The notes: generated by a model not told the origin, from the letters alone. DNA of 64,000 bases from a virus (IMGVR_UViG_3300047445_000122), one strand, 5' to 3'; shown: positions 27,152 to 36,767, counted from the stretch's first letter. Translations and numbers: made by a program.

Positions 27152-28213
27152 TCACCACGAGCTGCTGTCTAAGCGACAGTATTGGGAGAAGCGCATGCGC
27201 GCAGCGAGTCCTGAGTAACAGTACTTACCAATGAACTCGACAATTTGACGTGGGGATTGACCGCCGTCCTTGACTAGGTCATTAATGTCCTTGTGGGGAA
27301 AGTTGTCTGGAGGGATCACAACCCGCTTCCCGGCTTCGATGGAGCGTTTCAGGCGCTTCATGATTTCCCGGTTGCGCGGCTCGAAGTCGTGGATGAAGAT
27401 GTCTCCAAACCCGGCGCTGAGGAGGTCAGCGTCAGCAGTCGCTACACAGTTCGGTAGGAACAGGGAGTCAATTGGACCTTCCACAACCAGAGTCGTCCGG
27501 GAACGGTCAACGCGATCCAGGCCGAACACCTTGGTTGATTCCTCAGACTTCTTGAGGGTGATATATCGCAATCCTGACTTGGGGTCAAGAGCACGACCTT
27601 GGATGACCTTCAGCGCACCCCACTCGTCATAGAATGGGATAATCAGGCGCGGGTCAGCCGGGAGTTCCATCAGTTCAGATTCCAGTGAGAACGTCTTCAA
27701 TTGCTCACTGAAGTTCTCGGCATACATCAACAACTCATACGTCCACTCAGGGAGGCGGCGAGAGGCGACATACTGCCTAGCGAAGTGATCTGGAGGGAGG
27801 TCTGCTATGGTGGGGAGGTCTAGGCCGTCTGTTTCAAGAGGTTCAGATGCCTCTCTGGCCAAATTTGAGGTGGGTTCTTGCTGTTCTTCTACATCTGCTT
27901 GGGGCTTCCCAGTGCTATACCCCAATTCCTTGAATACGTCCAGCCTATACTCGCTGTACAATCCGGGGTCGAATTCCTTCAAGAACTTGCCGAATGGGTT
28001 GTTGTATCCGCAGTTGTGACACGCCACAGACAAGTAGTCTTTCGTGCCGTTCTTGTGGTTCTGGTAGATGTAGAAGCGCTTCAGTGTACGCTTCTTTTCG
28101 GAGTCTCCGCAGATCGGACAGCGACAGTTGAACAACCGCGTCCTGACTTGCTTGAAGAGTTCCAAGCGAGACCCCAACAGAAGCGCATACTGATAATCTA
28201 TGATTACCGACAT
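27152..28213 (-). CDS. gp61: DNA primase (gp61)
   Basis: RCPICGDS, CHNCG zinc finger; IIPF, QGR, VEGPIDSLF, KDIND. Confidence 0.95.
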   Translation of the reverse strand: MSVIIDYQYALLLGSRLELFKQVRTRLFNCRCPICGDSEKKRTLKRFYIYQNHKNGTKDYLSVACHNCGYNNPFGKFLKEFDPGLYSEYRLDVFKELGYSTGKPQADVEEQQEPTSNLAREASEPLETDGLDLPTIADLPPDHFARQYVASRRLPEWTYELLMYAENFSEQLKTFSLESELMELPADPRLIIPFYDEWGALKVIQGRALDPKSGLRYITLKKSEESTKVFGLDRVDRSRTTLVVEGPIDSLFLPNCVATADADLLSAGFGDIFIHDFEPRNREIMKRLKRSIEAGKRVVIPPDNFPHKDINDLVKDGGQSPRQIVEFIGKYCYSGLAARMRFSQYCRLDSSSW

Positions 28214-28324
28214 GGGCGCTCCTTGTTTCGATACAGGCTATTATAGCCCGTAAGTGGTAGTGAGTAAAATCCTATGACAACTACAATAACAAGAAAGCCC
28301 CTCTGGATTCCAGAGGGGCTTGTT

Positions 28325-28489
28325 TCATTTCTTGTCCTCAGACTCCTTGACTTCATCCAGCCCGATTGCCACCAGGCGGCGGTTCATCTCATCAAGGTTG
28401 GTGAAGTACAGTTGGTGTTCTTTCGCCATGTGGTTCATAACACCAGTGACTCCGGGCTGCTCTTCAAAGCATACTGGGCACTTACACAT
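28325..28489 (-). CDS. 54-aa C2H2 zinc-finger-like microprotein
   Basis: AGGAG SD; CPVC-x12-H-x4-H; ends at terminator 28294-28325. Confidence 0.7.
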   Translation of the reverse strand: MCKCPVCFEEQPGVTGVMNHMAKEHQLYFTNLDEMNRRLVAIGLDEVKESEDKK

Positions 28490-28504
28490 ATCAAAATCTC
28501 CTGA

Positions 28505-28563
28505 CTAAGTAGAGGTTAGACGAGTGGTGGAACACTCATCAACCAGCTAGGTCAAACTGGCTG
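28505..28563 (+). promoter_or_regulatory. Late promoter plus two-hairpin leader of endonuclease gene
   Basis: CTAAGTA 28505-28511; GAGTG/CACTC and CAGCTAG/CTGGCTG stems. Confidence 0.55.
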
Positions 28564-28569
28564 TCCCTC

Positions 28570-29298
28570 ATGAAAATATATAGGTCGGAACAAATGAACA
28601 ACATCTACTACGTGTACCAACTGCGTCGTGCAGATCGCCAAGAGCCATTCTACATTGGGAAGGGGCAGGATGATAGGGCTGCGGACCACTTCAGAGAATA
28701 TAACCTGAAGAAGCACCACCCAAAGAATTACACCATCAAGAAAGCAATACGCGAAGGTGTTGATCTGCTAGTTGAATACCTCTGGACTGGCCTGTCTGAG
28801 ACAGAAGCCTTCCGGCGCGAAGTATGGGCAATCGCCATGTGGGGACGGAAAGACAGGAATGATGGTCCTTTGACTAACTTGACTGATGGAGGAGAGGGTG
28901 CATCAGGACAGATAATCAGTGAGGAAACCAGGTTGAAGCGTATTGCTATCATGCGTCCCATCTATGCCTCAGAATCGTTCAGAAACAACAGAAGAAAACA
29001 TCATGCCTTACAATTCTCTGACCCAGTTATGAGGAAGAGACACCAGGAATCCACTCTGGATAGTAATAACGATCCAGACAAGATAGCCAGGGCCAACGCC
29101 AAGTTCAAAGAGTCTTATGACTTTGAAGCCCACAGCGCTAGAATGAAAGAGCTACACAACCGTCCTGAACTCAAGGCCAAGAAGTCTGCCGCTAGACTTG
29201 GTATTGCTCAGAAGATGGTAACTTGCCCTCACTGTGGGAAAGAAGGTGGGTATCAAGTCATGGGCCGTTGGCACTTCGACAATTGTAAGCAAAAGTAA
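28570..29298 (+). CDS. Free-standing GIY-YIG homing endonuclease (start may be 28594)
   Basis: YYVY...FYIGKG...R...H, NLTDGGEG, C-terminal CPHCGK..RWHFDNCK; antisense to neighbours, A-rich codon use. Confidence 0.85.
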   Translation: MKIYRSEQMNNIYYVYQLRRADRQEPFYIGKGQDDRAADHFREYNLKKHHPKNYTIKKAIREGVDLLVEYLWTGLSETEAFRREVWAIAMWGRKDRNDGPLTNLTDGGEGASGQIISEETRLKRIAIMRPIYASESFRNNRRKHHALQFSDPVMRKRHQESTLDSNNDPDKIARANAKFKESYDFEAHSARMKELHNRPELKAKKSAARLGIAQKMVTCPHCGKEGGYQVMGRWHFDNCKQK

Positions 29299-29300
29299 AC

Positions 29301-29330
29301 AATGCCCCTGGAGCGATCCAGGGGCATTTT
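29301..29330. terminator. Bidirectional terminator
   Basis: GCCCCTGGA/TCCAGGGGC between convergent genes. Confidence 0.8.
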
Positions 29331-29332
29331 CG

Positions 29333-31174
29333 TTACACAGAAGTTACCAGTTCCGTGCGAGCATCGGTCAGCTTGTACATAATGGTATTGTCGAAATGTT
29401 GGGAGAACTCTGAAATTCGTTGAGTCACGACGTACAGGGCAACGTCAGATTGCTCTTCCATACCCCACATTTCGATGAAGTCTTCCACGCCTTGTTCAGA
29501 CATGTTCTCCAGAATCTCATCGAGGATCAGAATGTTGGTATCGCAACCAGCCGCTGCCCTTGCTACATCGCGCCAAGCCAACAATACAGCCAAGTCAATA
29601 CGACATTGCTGGCCAGTGGAGAGACTGCTGATGCTTTGACCACGGCGATCCGGGGCGTTCATCTTGATCTCGAACTCAGTGTCCAGCTCGATGTTGATGA
29701 AGAGGTTCATGCGGTCCAGATAGTGATTGATCTGGGAGTTGATGTATGGCAAGTACTGATCAACCATTTCCGCCTTCGCGCCGTCATCCTTCAGGGTCGC
29801 AGCATTGATCTCATGGGACTTCATGCGGGTCTGGAGGAGATTCAGGGCGGTCTGGTTTTCAACCTGTTGGGTCGCCAGTTCGTCCAGTTTCTTCACCTCA
29901 ACATCCCATGAGTTGTCCTTCTCAGATGCTTCCTTCTTGGCGGTCAGCTCCTTGATCCGGGTCAGGGTCGTGGAGAGGCGGGAACGCAACACAGCCAGTT
30001 CGGAGTTCACATGAGCCACGGCGGCTTGGGCACTGCTCAAGTTTTGAGCCAGCCCGTCAGGATCGGCGCAACGGGAGGCTGTTGCCTTCAACACTGCTGC
30101 TCGCAGGGTCTCAACCGTCTGTTGGTCTGCCTTCGCATTGAGCTCATGTTGCTCCTTGATCTGGGCGACCTCATCTTGAAGACGTTGCTTGGCTGACTTG
30201 ATACGGTCTTCCGGCATCTTCTGTTGGCAGTGAGGGCAATCGGTATCACACTCAGCACGCATCAACAAGACATCCAGGCGCTGGAGGTTCTTGTCCAGGT
30301 TCGCACGATCCGAAGCGATCTTGTTTGTCAAGATGCTGAGTTTCGTTTCCCCGGCGTCGATCATCGCCTTGATCTTCTGATCCTGCGCACTGTACTCCTG
30401 CGCTTTAGACAGCGTATCCTGGACCGCAGCAAGGCGTGTCTGTACCTCGGTCATCTCAGAACCAATCGCTGCTCCTGCGGCCTTCTCACGGGCAATCTCA
30501 TCATCCAGACCTTGGGAGGCTTGGGCAGCGTGTTGCTTCTTCACCTCGATGATGGCATCCAGGCCGCGCCGGTCGGCGTCAACTTGATTCATCTTCGATT
30601 GGAGTGTCAGGATGTCAATGTTCAGCGCCTTGATGGCTTCCTTGTTGAGGTCGCTCATCCGGGAGATAACCACCAGGTCCAGCATCTGCTCACCGTAGTT
30701 GCGGCGATCCGGGGCGGACATAGCCACGAACGGCACGAACTTGTCCTTGCCCAGAGCGACGGTGTTACAAAACACCTTCTCATCCATACCAATGACCTTC
30801 TCCAAGTTCTTGGCATAGTCATTCAGGGCGGCTTCATCTTCGATCTTCACGCCATCCTTGTAGATTTCAAACAGGGTTGGCTTCTGACCGCGGACAACCT
30901 TCCAGGAGGAGCCGTTGGCATCGAACTCAGCATGGACCACGCAGTCCTTGTTGGAGGAGGAGTTGATCAAGGCAGACTTGTTGTCGCCCTTCTTGTAGTT
31001 CTTGTCGAACAGCGCATAGAACAGCGCATAGATCAACATAGTGGACTTACCAGCCCCGTTATCCAGGGAGCCTACACAGGTAGTCCCGGAGCCGTATAAC
31101 AGCTCCATGCCCATGTTGTCGATGGAGCGGAAGTTCTTGCCCCAGACACGTTTGAATTGGATGCGACTGGTCAC
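29333..31174 (-). CDS. gp46: Recombination endonuclease subunit gp46 (Rad50/SbcC-like)
   Basis: KNFRSI, NGAGKST, CPHC hook, LSTGQ, ILDE; GTG start with AAGGAG SD. Confidence 0.93.
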   Translation of the reverse strand: MTSRIQFKRVWGKNFRSIDNMGMELLYGSGTTCVGSLDNGAGKSTMLIYALFYALFDKNYKKGDNKSALINSSSNKDCVVHAEFDANGSSWKVVRGQKPTLFEIYKDGVKIEDEAALNDYAKNLEKVIGMDEKVFCNTVALGKDKFVPFVAMSAPDRRNYGEQMLDLVVISRMSDLNKEAIKALNIDILTLQSKMNQVDADRRGLDAIIEVKKQHAAQASQGLDDEIAREKAAGAAIGSEMTEVQTRLAAVQDTLSKAQEYSAQDQKIKAMIDAGETKLSILTNKIASDRANLDKNLQRLDVLLMRAECDTDCPHCQQKMPEDRIKSAKQRLQDEVAQIKEQHELNAKADQQTVETLRAAVLKATASRCADPDGLAQNLSSAQAAVAHVNSELAVLRSRLSTTLTRIKELTAKKEASEKDNSWDVEVKKLDELATQQVENQTALNLLQTRMKSHEINAATLKDDGAKAEMVDQYLPYINSQINHYLDRMNLFINIELDTEFEIKMNAPDRRGQSISSLSTGQQCRIDLAVLLAWRDVARAAAGCDTNILILDEILENMSEQGVEDFIEMWGMEEQSDVALYVVTQRISEFSQHFDNTIMYKLTDARTELVTSV

Positions 31175-31377
31175 TTGAAGGTCTCCTTGGTCTTGACGCT
31201 GCCTGGTGGGATGGCGCGGAACAGCTCTTTCACACGCTCCCACAGGGATGGACCATCTGGCGGCGTCAGCTTCGGAGGGGTTGGGGATGAAACGCCACCC
31301 AGACGGCGAGTGGCGTTGATGTTGTTGATGACCGCGACTTGAGCGGCGACAATAGGGACAGAGAAACCAAAGCTCAT
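31171..31377 (-). CDS. Hypothetical protein
   Basis: Coupled between gp47 and gp46. Confidence 0.6.
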   Translation of the reverse strand: MSFGFSVPIVAAQVAVINNINATRRLGGVSSPTPPKLTPPDGPSLWERVKELFRAIPPGSVKTKETFK

Positions 31378-32429
31378 TCGGCAGCCTTTTGATAGAGTTC
31401 GAGGGAAATGGAGCGCGTCAGCTCAACGTCAGCGCCGGGAACGGTCGCGGCAAGGCGGGCTGAGTAGTCCGTGATGAATTTGCCGAGGTCGGTCAACATG
31501 TTCTGCGGGTTGATCGGCGCAACGACCTCCTTTTTCTCCACGATGGTTTCATCCACAATGCGATACTCAATGAACTTGATCTCGCGCAGGAGAGACAGGA
31601 AGGCGTTGTAGCGGCGGGTGTCGCCCTTGTTCTTCACGACGATGCGGACAATCTTACCAGCCAGATGCTCCAGGTCTTTCTTTTCATACTTGACTTCTGG
31701 GTCGTGGTTGAAGACGGCGAACAGGGATTGATCAGGGCGATTCTTAACCAGCTCTAGCTTACCTGATTCAGTGTCGAAGGTAAACCAGCCGCGCTCAACT
31801 CCATCAGGATAGTCAGCCCATGTCAAGTGGTATGGCGAGCCCACATAGGTGATATTGCCGATGTTGGACACAGTGTGGTAGTGGCCGGTGATGACTTTCT
31901 CGAACTTGGAGAACAGGTTGCCATCTTGACCATGAACAGCCGGGATGCCCTTGTACATCGGGAACTCAGCCAGCTCCAAGTGACCGAAGCAATACTTGGC
32001 CTTGGAGTTAGCCACAACCTTCATGAGTTCATCGGTGTTGTTCTTGTTCAGCCAGCCCAGGTACAGGATGCCGTTGGCCTCGCCCCACTCCTTGATCACG
32101 GTCACACGAGAGTGATGTTCCATGAAGTTGAGGTTGTGAATATCGTTGGAGTCACGATAGTAGATGTTGTGGTTACCCGCCAACAGGAACAAGTCCAGAT
32201 CAAATTCATCCAGAGCCGGGAGAAGTTCATTCAGGATGCGATCCATCACACGTACATCGACCGTCTTGCGGTTGTTCAAGAAGTCGCCAACCTGGACAAC
32301 GGTCTTGATGCCCATCGCCTTACACTGGCGGAAGACATCGAGGTGCCACTTGATCTGGAAGTCCAGGAAGTCGATGTCGCCTCCACGCACGTCAAAGTGG
32401 GAATCCCCCACGATCGCATACAAACTCAT
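31374..32429 (-). CDS. gp47: Recombination nuclease subunit gp47 (Mre11/SbcD-like)
   Basis: GDSHF, GDFL..RK, GNH..YY, GHLE, GHYH, Y.GSPY..TW.D. Confidence 0.93.
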   Translation of the reverse strand: MSLYAIVGDSHFDVRGGDIDFLDFQIKWHLDVFRQCKAMGIKTVVQVGDFLNNRKTVDVRVMDRILNELLPALDEFDLDLFLLAGNHNIYYRDSNDIHNLNFMEHHSRVTVIKEWGEANGILYLGWLNKNNTDELMKVVANSKAKYCFGHLELAEFPMYKGIPAVHGQDGNLFSKFEKVITGHYHTVSNIGNITYVGSPYHLTWADYPDGVERGWFTFDTESGKLELVKNRPDQSLFAVFNHDPEVKYEKKDLEHLAGKIVRIVVKNKGDTRRYNAFLSLLREIKFIEYRIVDETIVEKKEVVAPINPQNMLTDLGKFITDYSARLAATVPGADVELTRSISLELYQKAAE

Positions 32430-33097
32430 TCTTGTTCTCCTTCTTCCGTGACGGCGAACATGTCCATCAAGGTTTGTTGTTTGGGCTTCTTCTTGTCTTG
32501 TTTCTCGCGCTCAGCGGCCAGGCGGGTGGATTGCTTCTCCTCATACTCATAGGCGCGGTTGACCATGTCTTGAAGCATGTTGTTAGTGGCTTCTGCGTTG
32601 TCGCCCCAATCTTCACCCTCGAAGGCTTCTGGACCACCCATCAGCAGCAGGGACTTGTTCTTGTAGTAGTTCTGACGGTTCTCAACCTCGATGCGATGCT
32701 TGAAGGCTTGCTCGATGATCTTGGAGATATAGCCATATGGATTTGGCTTGCCCTTCCGGGTCGCAGCGTCATGTTTCCAGTTGTGGAGATAGGCGCAGCA
32801 TGCTTCAATGCCGTCTTCCTTCATCTCATCAATCCAGGAGTAGCCGCTGAAGTTGGATTTCTTGGCCATGTTCTCAGCGATCAACCAAACTTGGAGACCG
32901 ATGAATTCAGGCATACGAGGGCGTTCAGCCCCAGATTCTTTGGCTGCTTGGATGGCCGTACTCCAGTCCAGCATAGCTTCCGTCAGTTTGTCGTTGTCGA
33001 CATACATGGAGCGTTTCGGTTCGCCGGGGTTGAAGTCTGCGACCTCATACTGTTCCAGCTCCGATTCGTCAATGTGTTCGGTGGAAATGATTGTCAT
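32426..33097 (-). CDS. gp55: Late-transcription sigma factor gp55
   Basis: YVDN..L, IAENMAKKSNFSGYSW.DEM..DGIE, NPYGY.....AF..RI. Confidence 0.92.
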   Translation of the reverse strand: MTIISTEHIDESELEQYEVADFNPGEPKRSMYVDNDKLTEAMLDWSTAIQAAKESGAERPRMPEFIGLQVWLIAENMAKKSNFSGYSWIDEMKEDGIEACCAYLHNWKHDAATRKGKPNPYGYISKIIEQAFKHRIEVENRQNYYKNKSLLLMGGPEAFEGEDWGDNAEATNNMLQDMVNRAYEYEEKQSTRLAAEREKQDKKKPKQQTLMDMFAVTEEGEQE

Positions 33098-33104
33098 ATG
33101 TTCC

Positions 33105-33350
33105 TTACAGGATCACTCTCTCAAACAACACCACGGTCTTGAAATAGGGCGCTTTCTCGCTGCTAATGAACTGCCGAATGCGTCTTTCAATCTCAACTTG
33201 GAGTTTGCCTGTGGAGTTTTCGGTTATGTGGTGGATGATGACCTTATCTTGCATGGCCCTAGGGTTCTCATAACGATAGGGCGGCAGCAGAGGGGTTATC
33301 AGGAGGATTTCAAGGCGCGTGGGCGCTCGACCTGGGGCGGGGATTTTCAT
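33105..33350 (-). CDS. Hypothetical protein
   Basis: Coupled to RNase H. Confidence 0.6.
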   Translation of the reverse strand: MKIPAPGRAPTRLEILLITPLLPPYRYENPRAMQDKVIIHHITENSTGKLQVEIERRIRQFISSEKAPYFKTVVLFERVIL

Positions 33351-33868
33351 GGTGATACCAGGTCATACGGCAGTTCTTCATACGGGACATACCGTATGTT
33401 GGACACTGCGTCGTTTTTGTCTCTGATTGTCCCGGATTTGCCGAGACCGGCAAACTCATCAGCTAACTCATTGCCGTGATTCCCGGCGTGACCCTTGACC
33501 CATTGCAGGTCAGGACGGTTGATTGATTTGTCGATGAGCTCGAACAGTGGGACTAACAGGGCGCGATTCTTAATGCCCTCATAGTTGGATTTGGCCCAAC
33601 CATATCGCCATTCGTTGCAGGACTTCACAACATATTGGGAGTCGGAGTGGATGATGGGTTTGAACTGCGGGGATTTGGAGAAGATGGACAGCGCATAGAG
33701 TACCCCCATGATTTCCGCCTTGTTATTGGAGGAGGGGGCAGGCAGTTGTCCGTATCGCACGAACATTTTGCCTTGGAAGTTGGGGATGACCATCGACCAG
33801 CCGCCGATACATTCTGGCTTGCCGTTGGCCTTTGAGCTGCCATCCGTGAAGATCAGGATGGGTGTCAT
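33347..33868 (-). CDS. rnhA: Ribonuclease HI
   Basis: FTDGSS, NNKAE, SDSQY, WVKGH.G..GNELAD. Confidence 0.95.
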   Translation of the reverse strand: MTPILIFTDGSSKANGKPECIGGWSMVIPNFQGKMFVRYGQLPAPSSNNKAEIMGVLYALSIFSKSPQFKPIIHSDSQYVVKSCNEWRYGWAKSNYEGIKNRALLVPLFELIDKSINRPDLQWVKGHAGNHGNELADEFAGLGKSGTIRDKNDAVSNIRYVPYEELPYDLVSP

Positions 33869-33950
33869 TAGACTCCTTCGGGGATGGATAGGCGTATTAT
33901 AGCCTACAACCACAGAAAGAGAAAGCCCCGGATCAACCGGGGCTTGATTA

Positions 33951-34349
33951 TTACACGACTAACTTCATCACATCATCGATCCAATTCACGATCTTGCTGT
34001 GAACCTTGTCTCTTGTATCTGGACTCATGAAGGCGACATCTTGAACCTCCAGAGTGGTGGATTTGTACTCCTCCATCAGGAATCCCACAACCTCACAGCC
34101 TAGCTTGGTCAGGTCACGCATATCAACCTTCGCAGCATCCTCGAAGCGCCCAGAGGCAACATTGCCGATCATGGTACAGATGCGGATCGTATGGGTGTCA
34201 TCCAACTCCACCACAAAGCCCACACCCTTGGAGAGGTCATCCAGGATTACCATGTGCATATCCTTGTTGAAGATAGTCATGGTACTGACCTTCGCGCCGG
34301 GGCGGCTGAACAGTTGTCCAATCTCCCCGAACATTGCTACATTGTTCAT
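33951..34349 (-). CDS. Hypothetical early protein
   Basis: GAGG SD; early promoter 34398-34427. Confidence 0.7.
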   Translation of the reverse strand: MNNVAMFGEIGQLFSRPGAKVSTMTIFNKDMHMVILDDLSKGVGFVVELDDTHTIRICTMIGNVASGRFEDAAKVDMRDLTKLGCEVVGFLMEEYKSTTLEVQDVAFMSPDTRDKVHSKIVNWIDDVMKLVV

Positions 34350-34363
34350 GCTATAGTCCTCAA

Positions 34364-34723
34364 TCAATCAGGTGCTTTATTGCTCCTGATATCAAGTATT
34401 ATACGGACTGTCCATTTGGAAGTAAAGAACTTTTTAATGGATTTCGACCATTTCTTCGCCACCAGAACGATCCGCTGTTGGATGGTTGGAGGAGGTGGGA
34501 GCGGAGTGTAGCGCTCAGCAGACTGTGGTCCCAGCCGCACGCTCTTGTAGTTCGGACCATACACCTTTGCCCATGGGAAGTGCTTCCAACAGCATCCCAG
34601 GTTTGCATGGACATTGTAGTTGTCGTGACGAAACACCATGTCGTCATCCCGGAAGGGAGCCTCACAGGTTACGCAGTGGGTCAGGTCGTGGGTCGTGCGG
34701 GCGGCAAATTCGGGCTTTCTCAC
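34364..34723 (-). CDS. Hypothetical Cys-containing protein
   Basis: AAAGGAA SD, GTG start; CxxC. Confidence 0.55.
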   Translation of the reverse strand: MRKPEFAARTTHDLTHCVTCEAPFRDDDMVFRHDNYNVHANLGCCWKHFPWAKVYGPNYKSVRLGPQSAERYTPLPPPPTIQQRIVLVAKKWSKSIKKFFTSKWTVRIILDIRSNKAPD

Positions 34724-34760
34724 TTGACATTTCCTTTTGGATACTTGATATTGATAATAC

Positions 34761-34833
34761 GAGCCAATTTGAGGTGGATTCCTGGCTTGAACTTGAGATT
34801 GTCCCTATTCCAAATCAGGGTCACAAATGTCAA
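34761..34833. repeat. Element shared in inverted and direct orientation with 38185-38294
   Basis: 20/22-nt inverted match plus GAATCCACCT (inverted); GAGCCAATTT, ACTTGAGATT, AAATGTCAA (direct). Confidence 0.7.
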
Positions 34834-34865
34834 GTCCAAGAAAAGCCCCTTTCGGGGCTTTGCGT

Positions 34866-35270
34866 TTAGTCAGCCATCAGAGTCGCGGCTGGATTGTCCC
34901 AGAACTCACCGGTGTCTTCGGTGGCATCCTCCAGGTTTTTGATTGGACCCCACACGCTTGCGTTGTGTTGAACGCCGGAACCCTCCTTCCAGGACTTCGT
35001 GCTGCCAGGCAAGACTTCATCCAGGGCCACAGCCACCTCGAAAGCGCGACGGCCTTTGATGTAGATGGTGACGTCTTCATAGCCCACGCTGCCGGCGTTC
35101 TTCTTGATCTCAGACAGCTCCTCCGGGGTGACGATGTTGTTCTTCAACATCACGGCGTACAGGCGGTCATAGGCGACGTTCGCGTTGTTGGAGTAGTGGA
35201 AGTCCAGGTCCAGGGAGCGGCCATCGAAGTGAATCATGTAGAAGCCTTCGGCGCTGATGAGAGTGTTCAT
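34866..35270 (-). CDS. Early ORFan, paralog of 35392-35769
   Basis: Own promoter, leader hairpin and terminator; GRSL...HY.NN...HNA.V.GP shared. Confidence 0.8.
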   Translation of the reverse strand: MNTLISAEGFYMIHFDGRSLDLDFHYSNNANVAYDRLYAVMLKNNIVTPEELSEIKKNAGSVGYEDVTIYIKGRRAFEVAVALDEVLPGSTKSWKEGSGVQHNASVWGPIKNLEDATEDTGEFWDNPAATLMAD

Positions 35271-35280
35271 ATTCAAGTTT

Positions 35281-35356
35281 CCTTTCAGATCGGTCTCGCG
35301 GAATTGCTCGACCTGAAAGAGATTATACCTGTGTCAAGTTGAGAAGTAAAGTGGTA
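35281..35356 (-). promoter_or_regulatory. Early promoter + conserved leader hairpin (cassette A)
   Basis: TTTACT-N17-TATAAT; GCAATTCCGC loop 35298-35307. Confidence 0.85.
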
Positions 35357-35391
35357 AAAACGAAAAAGCCCGGATTTCTCCGGGCTTTCAT

Positions 35392-35769
35392 TTACATCGC
35401 TGTACCGTACCAGGCGATGGCCAGTTTTTCTTGGCCGTCTATTTCTGGTTCATCGGTATCAACCGGGCCATACACATAGGCGTTATGATGAGCCTCAGTC
35501 TCCTGGTACCACTCTTCGGAGCCTTTCGGCAAAACGCGGTTCAGAATCACGGCAATCTCAATCGCACGATTCCGGGAGGAGAAGAACAGGGCCACATCGA
35601 GTCGCCCCATCCCGCCAATCGTTGAGTCCAGCTCCTCCAACTCATCAACCTCAACGATACCGGCAATCATTTCCATTAACCGCCTCCGGGCTGGGCCGGT
35701 GTTGTTCTTGTAGTGGTATTCGCGTGCTAGCGACCTACCCTCCACCAGAACCATATAAACATTGTTCAT
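35392..35769 (-). CDS. Early ORFan, paralog of 34866-35270
   Basis: Own promoter, leader and terminator. Confidence 0.8.
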   Translation of the reverse strand: MNNVYMVLVEGRSLAREYHYKNNTGPARRRLMEMIAGIVEVDELEELDSTIGGMGRLDVALFFSSRNRAIEIAVILNRVLPKGSEEWYQETEAHHNAYVYGPVDTDEPEIDGQEKLAIAWYGTAM

Positions 35770-35787
35770 ATTGTAGTTTCCATCTAA

Positions 35788-35850
35788 GGGGTCTCGCGGA
35801 ATTGCTCGACCTGAAAGAGATTATAGACCACTTTATTGAGAAAGTAAAGC
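35788..35850 (-). promoter_or_regulatory. Early promoter + leader hairpin (cassette B)
   Basis: Loop 35796-35805; -10 35820-35825; -35 35843-35848. Confidence 0.85.
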
Positions 35851-35889
35851 GATTTCGGAAAATAAAAAGCGCCCCGGAGGGCGCTTGAC

Positions 35890-36249
35890 TTAGTTGGACT
35901 TCCAGGGGTTTCGAGTCGCCACCGGCTTGCCGTCCTTGATCTCCACGAACGTCCTTGCGAGGCTGTTATTGTTGATGTGCATTTCCAACTCGCGCTGGCC
36001 CCTCTTCAGCGCCTGTTCTGCGTCGTGCAGTTGGTCATCCTTGAAGTCGTCCCAGGCCTGCGCCATGTACTCGGTGTAGCTCTTGGCCCCGCCGTGCTTC
36101 TTGATGGCCTTGTCTACATCACCCACGGTCAGTCCGTTCTTGCGCAGCCAGTCGATCATCCCATCAATCGGATCGCCATTCGGGAAGTATTCACCGACAC
36201 ACTCCTCAAACTTGTCGAAGATGTCTTGCAGGGTTGGTTTCTTAGCCAT
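35890..36249 (-). CDS. Early ORFan
   Basis: AAAGGAAC SD; own cassette. Confidence 0.8.
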   Translation of the reverse strand: MAKKPTLQDIFDKFEECVGEYFPNGDPIDGMIDWLRKNGLTVGDVDKAIKKHGGAKSYTEYMAQAWDDFKDDQLHDAEQALKRGQRELEMHINNNSLARTFVEIKDGKPVATRNPWKSN

Positions 36250-36269
36250 GGTGTAGTTCCTTTCAGTTT

Positions 36270-36333
36270 CAGTCTCGCGGAATTGCTCGACTTGAGAAGT
36301 ATTATAGACCACTTTATTGATGAAGTAAAGTGG
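36270..36333 (-). promoter_or_regulatory. Early promoter + leader hairpin (cassette C)
   Basis: Loop 36277-36286; -10 36301-36306; -35 36324-36329. Confidence 0.85.
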
Positions 36334-36368
36334 TCGGAGAAAATAAAAAGCGCCCCGGAGGGCGCTTT

Positions 36369-36767
36369 TCACTTACCTCGCAGGAATCTGTTCAGCCCAT
36401 ATATGTCTGGGGCGTAGCCTTCGGCGTTGACGAAGGCAGCAGCCGTGTGAACGTCCACTTCCAGGACGGCTATGTAGCGGTCAGCCCGGTGGCGGTTCCG
36501 GGGAGTGACGTCAAAGTATTCATCACCGATCTTCACCAGGGCGTGCTCAACTGGGACCATATTGTCGACCAGCAGGTATCCCAGGACATACTTCATTGAT
36601 TGTTTTTCTGGTTGTTCGCAGAGGTACAGGAAGCTGTTGTTGAAACAGCCCTTCTTCTGGGCGAAACGGAAGTCACGGAACTGGTAGCGAACCTCGTTGA
36701 TCGAGAAATTCTTGATGTTGAAGTAGTTCTGTACCAAAACCTTGATGATGTTCATTTTATTCTTCAT
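36369..36767 (-). CDS. Early ORFan
   Basis: C...P...Y.LGY....PVEHA.V.....YFDVTP; own cassette. Confidence 0.7.
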   Translation of the reverse strand: MKNKMNIIKVLVQNYFNIKNFSINEVRYQFRDFRFAQKKGCFNNSFLYLCEQPEKQSMKYVLGYLLVDNMVPVEHALVKIGDEYFDVTPRNRHRADRYIAVLEVDVHTAAAFVNAEGYAPDIYGLNRFLRGK

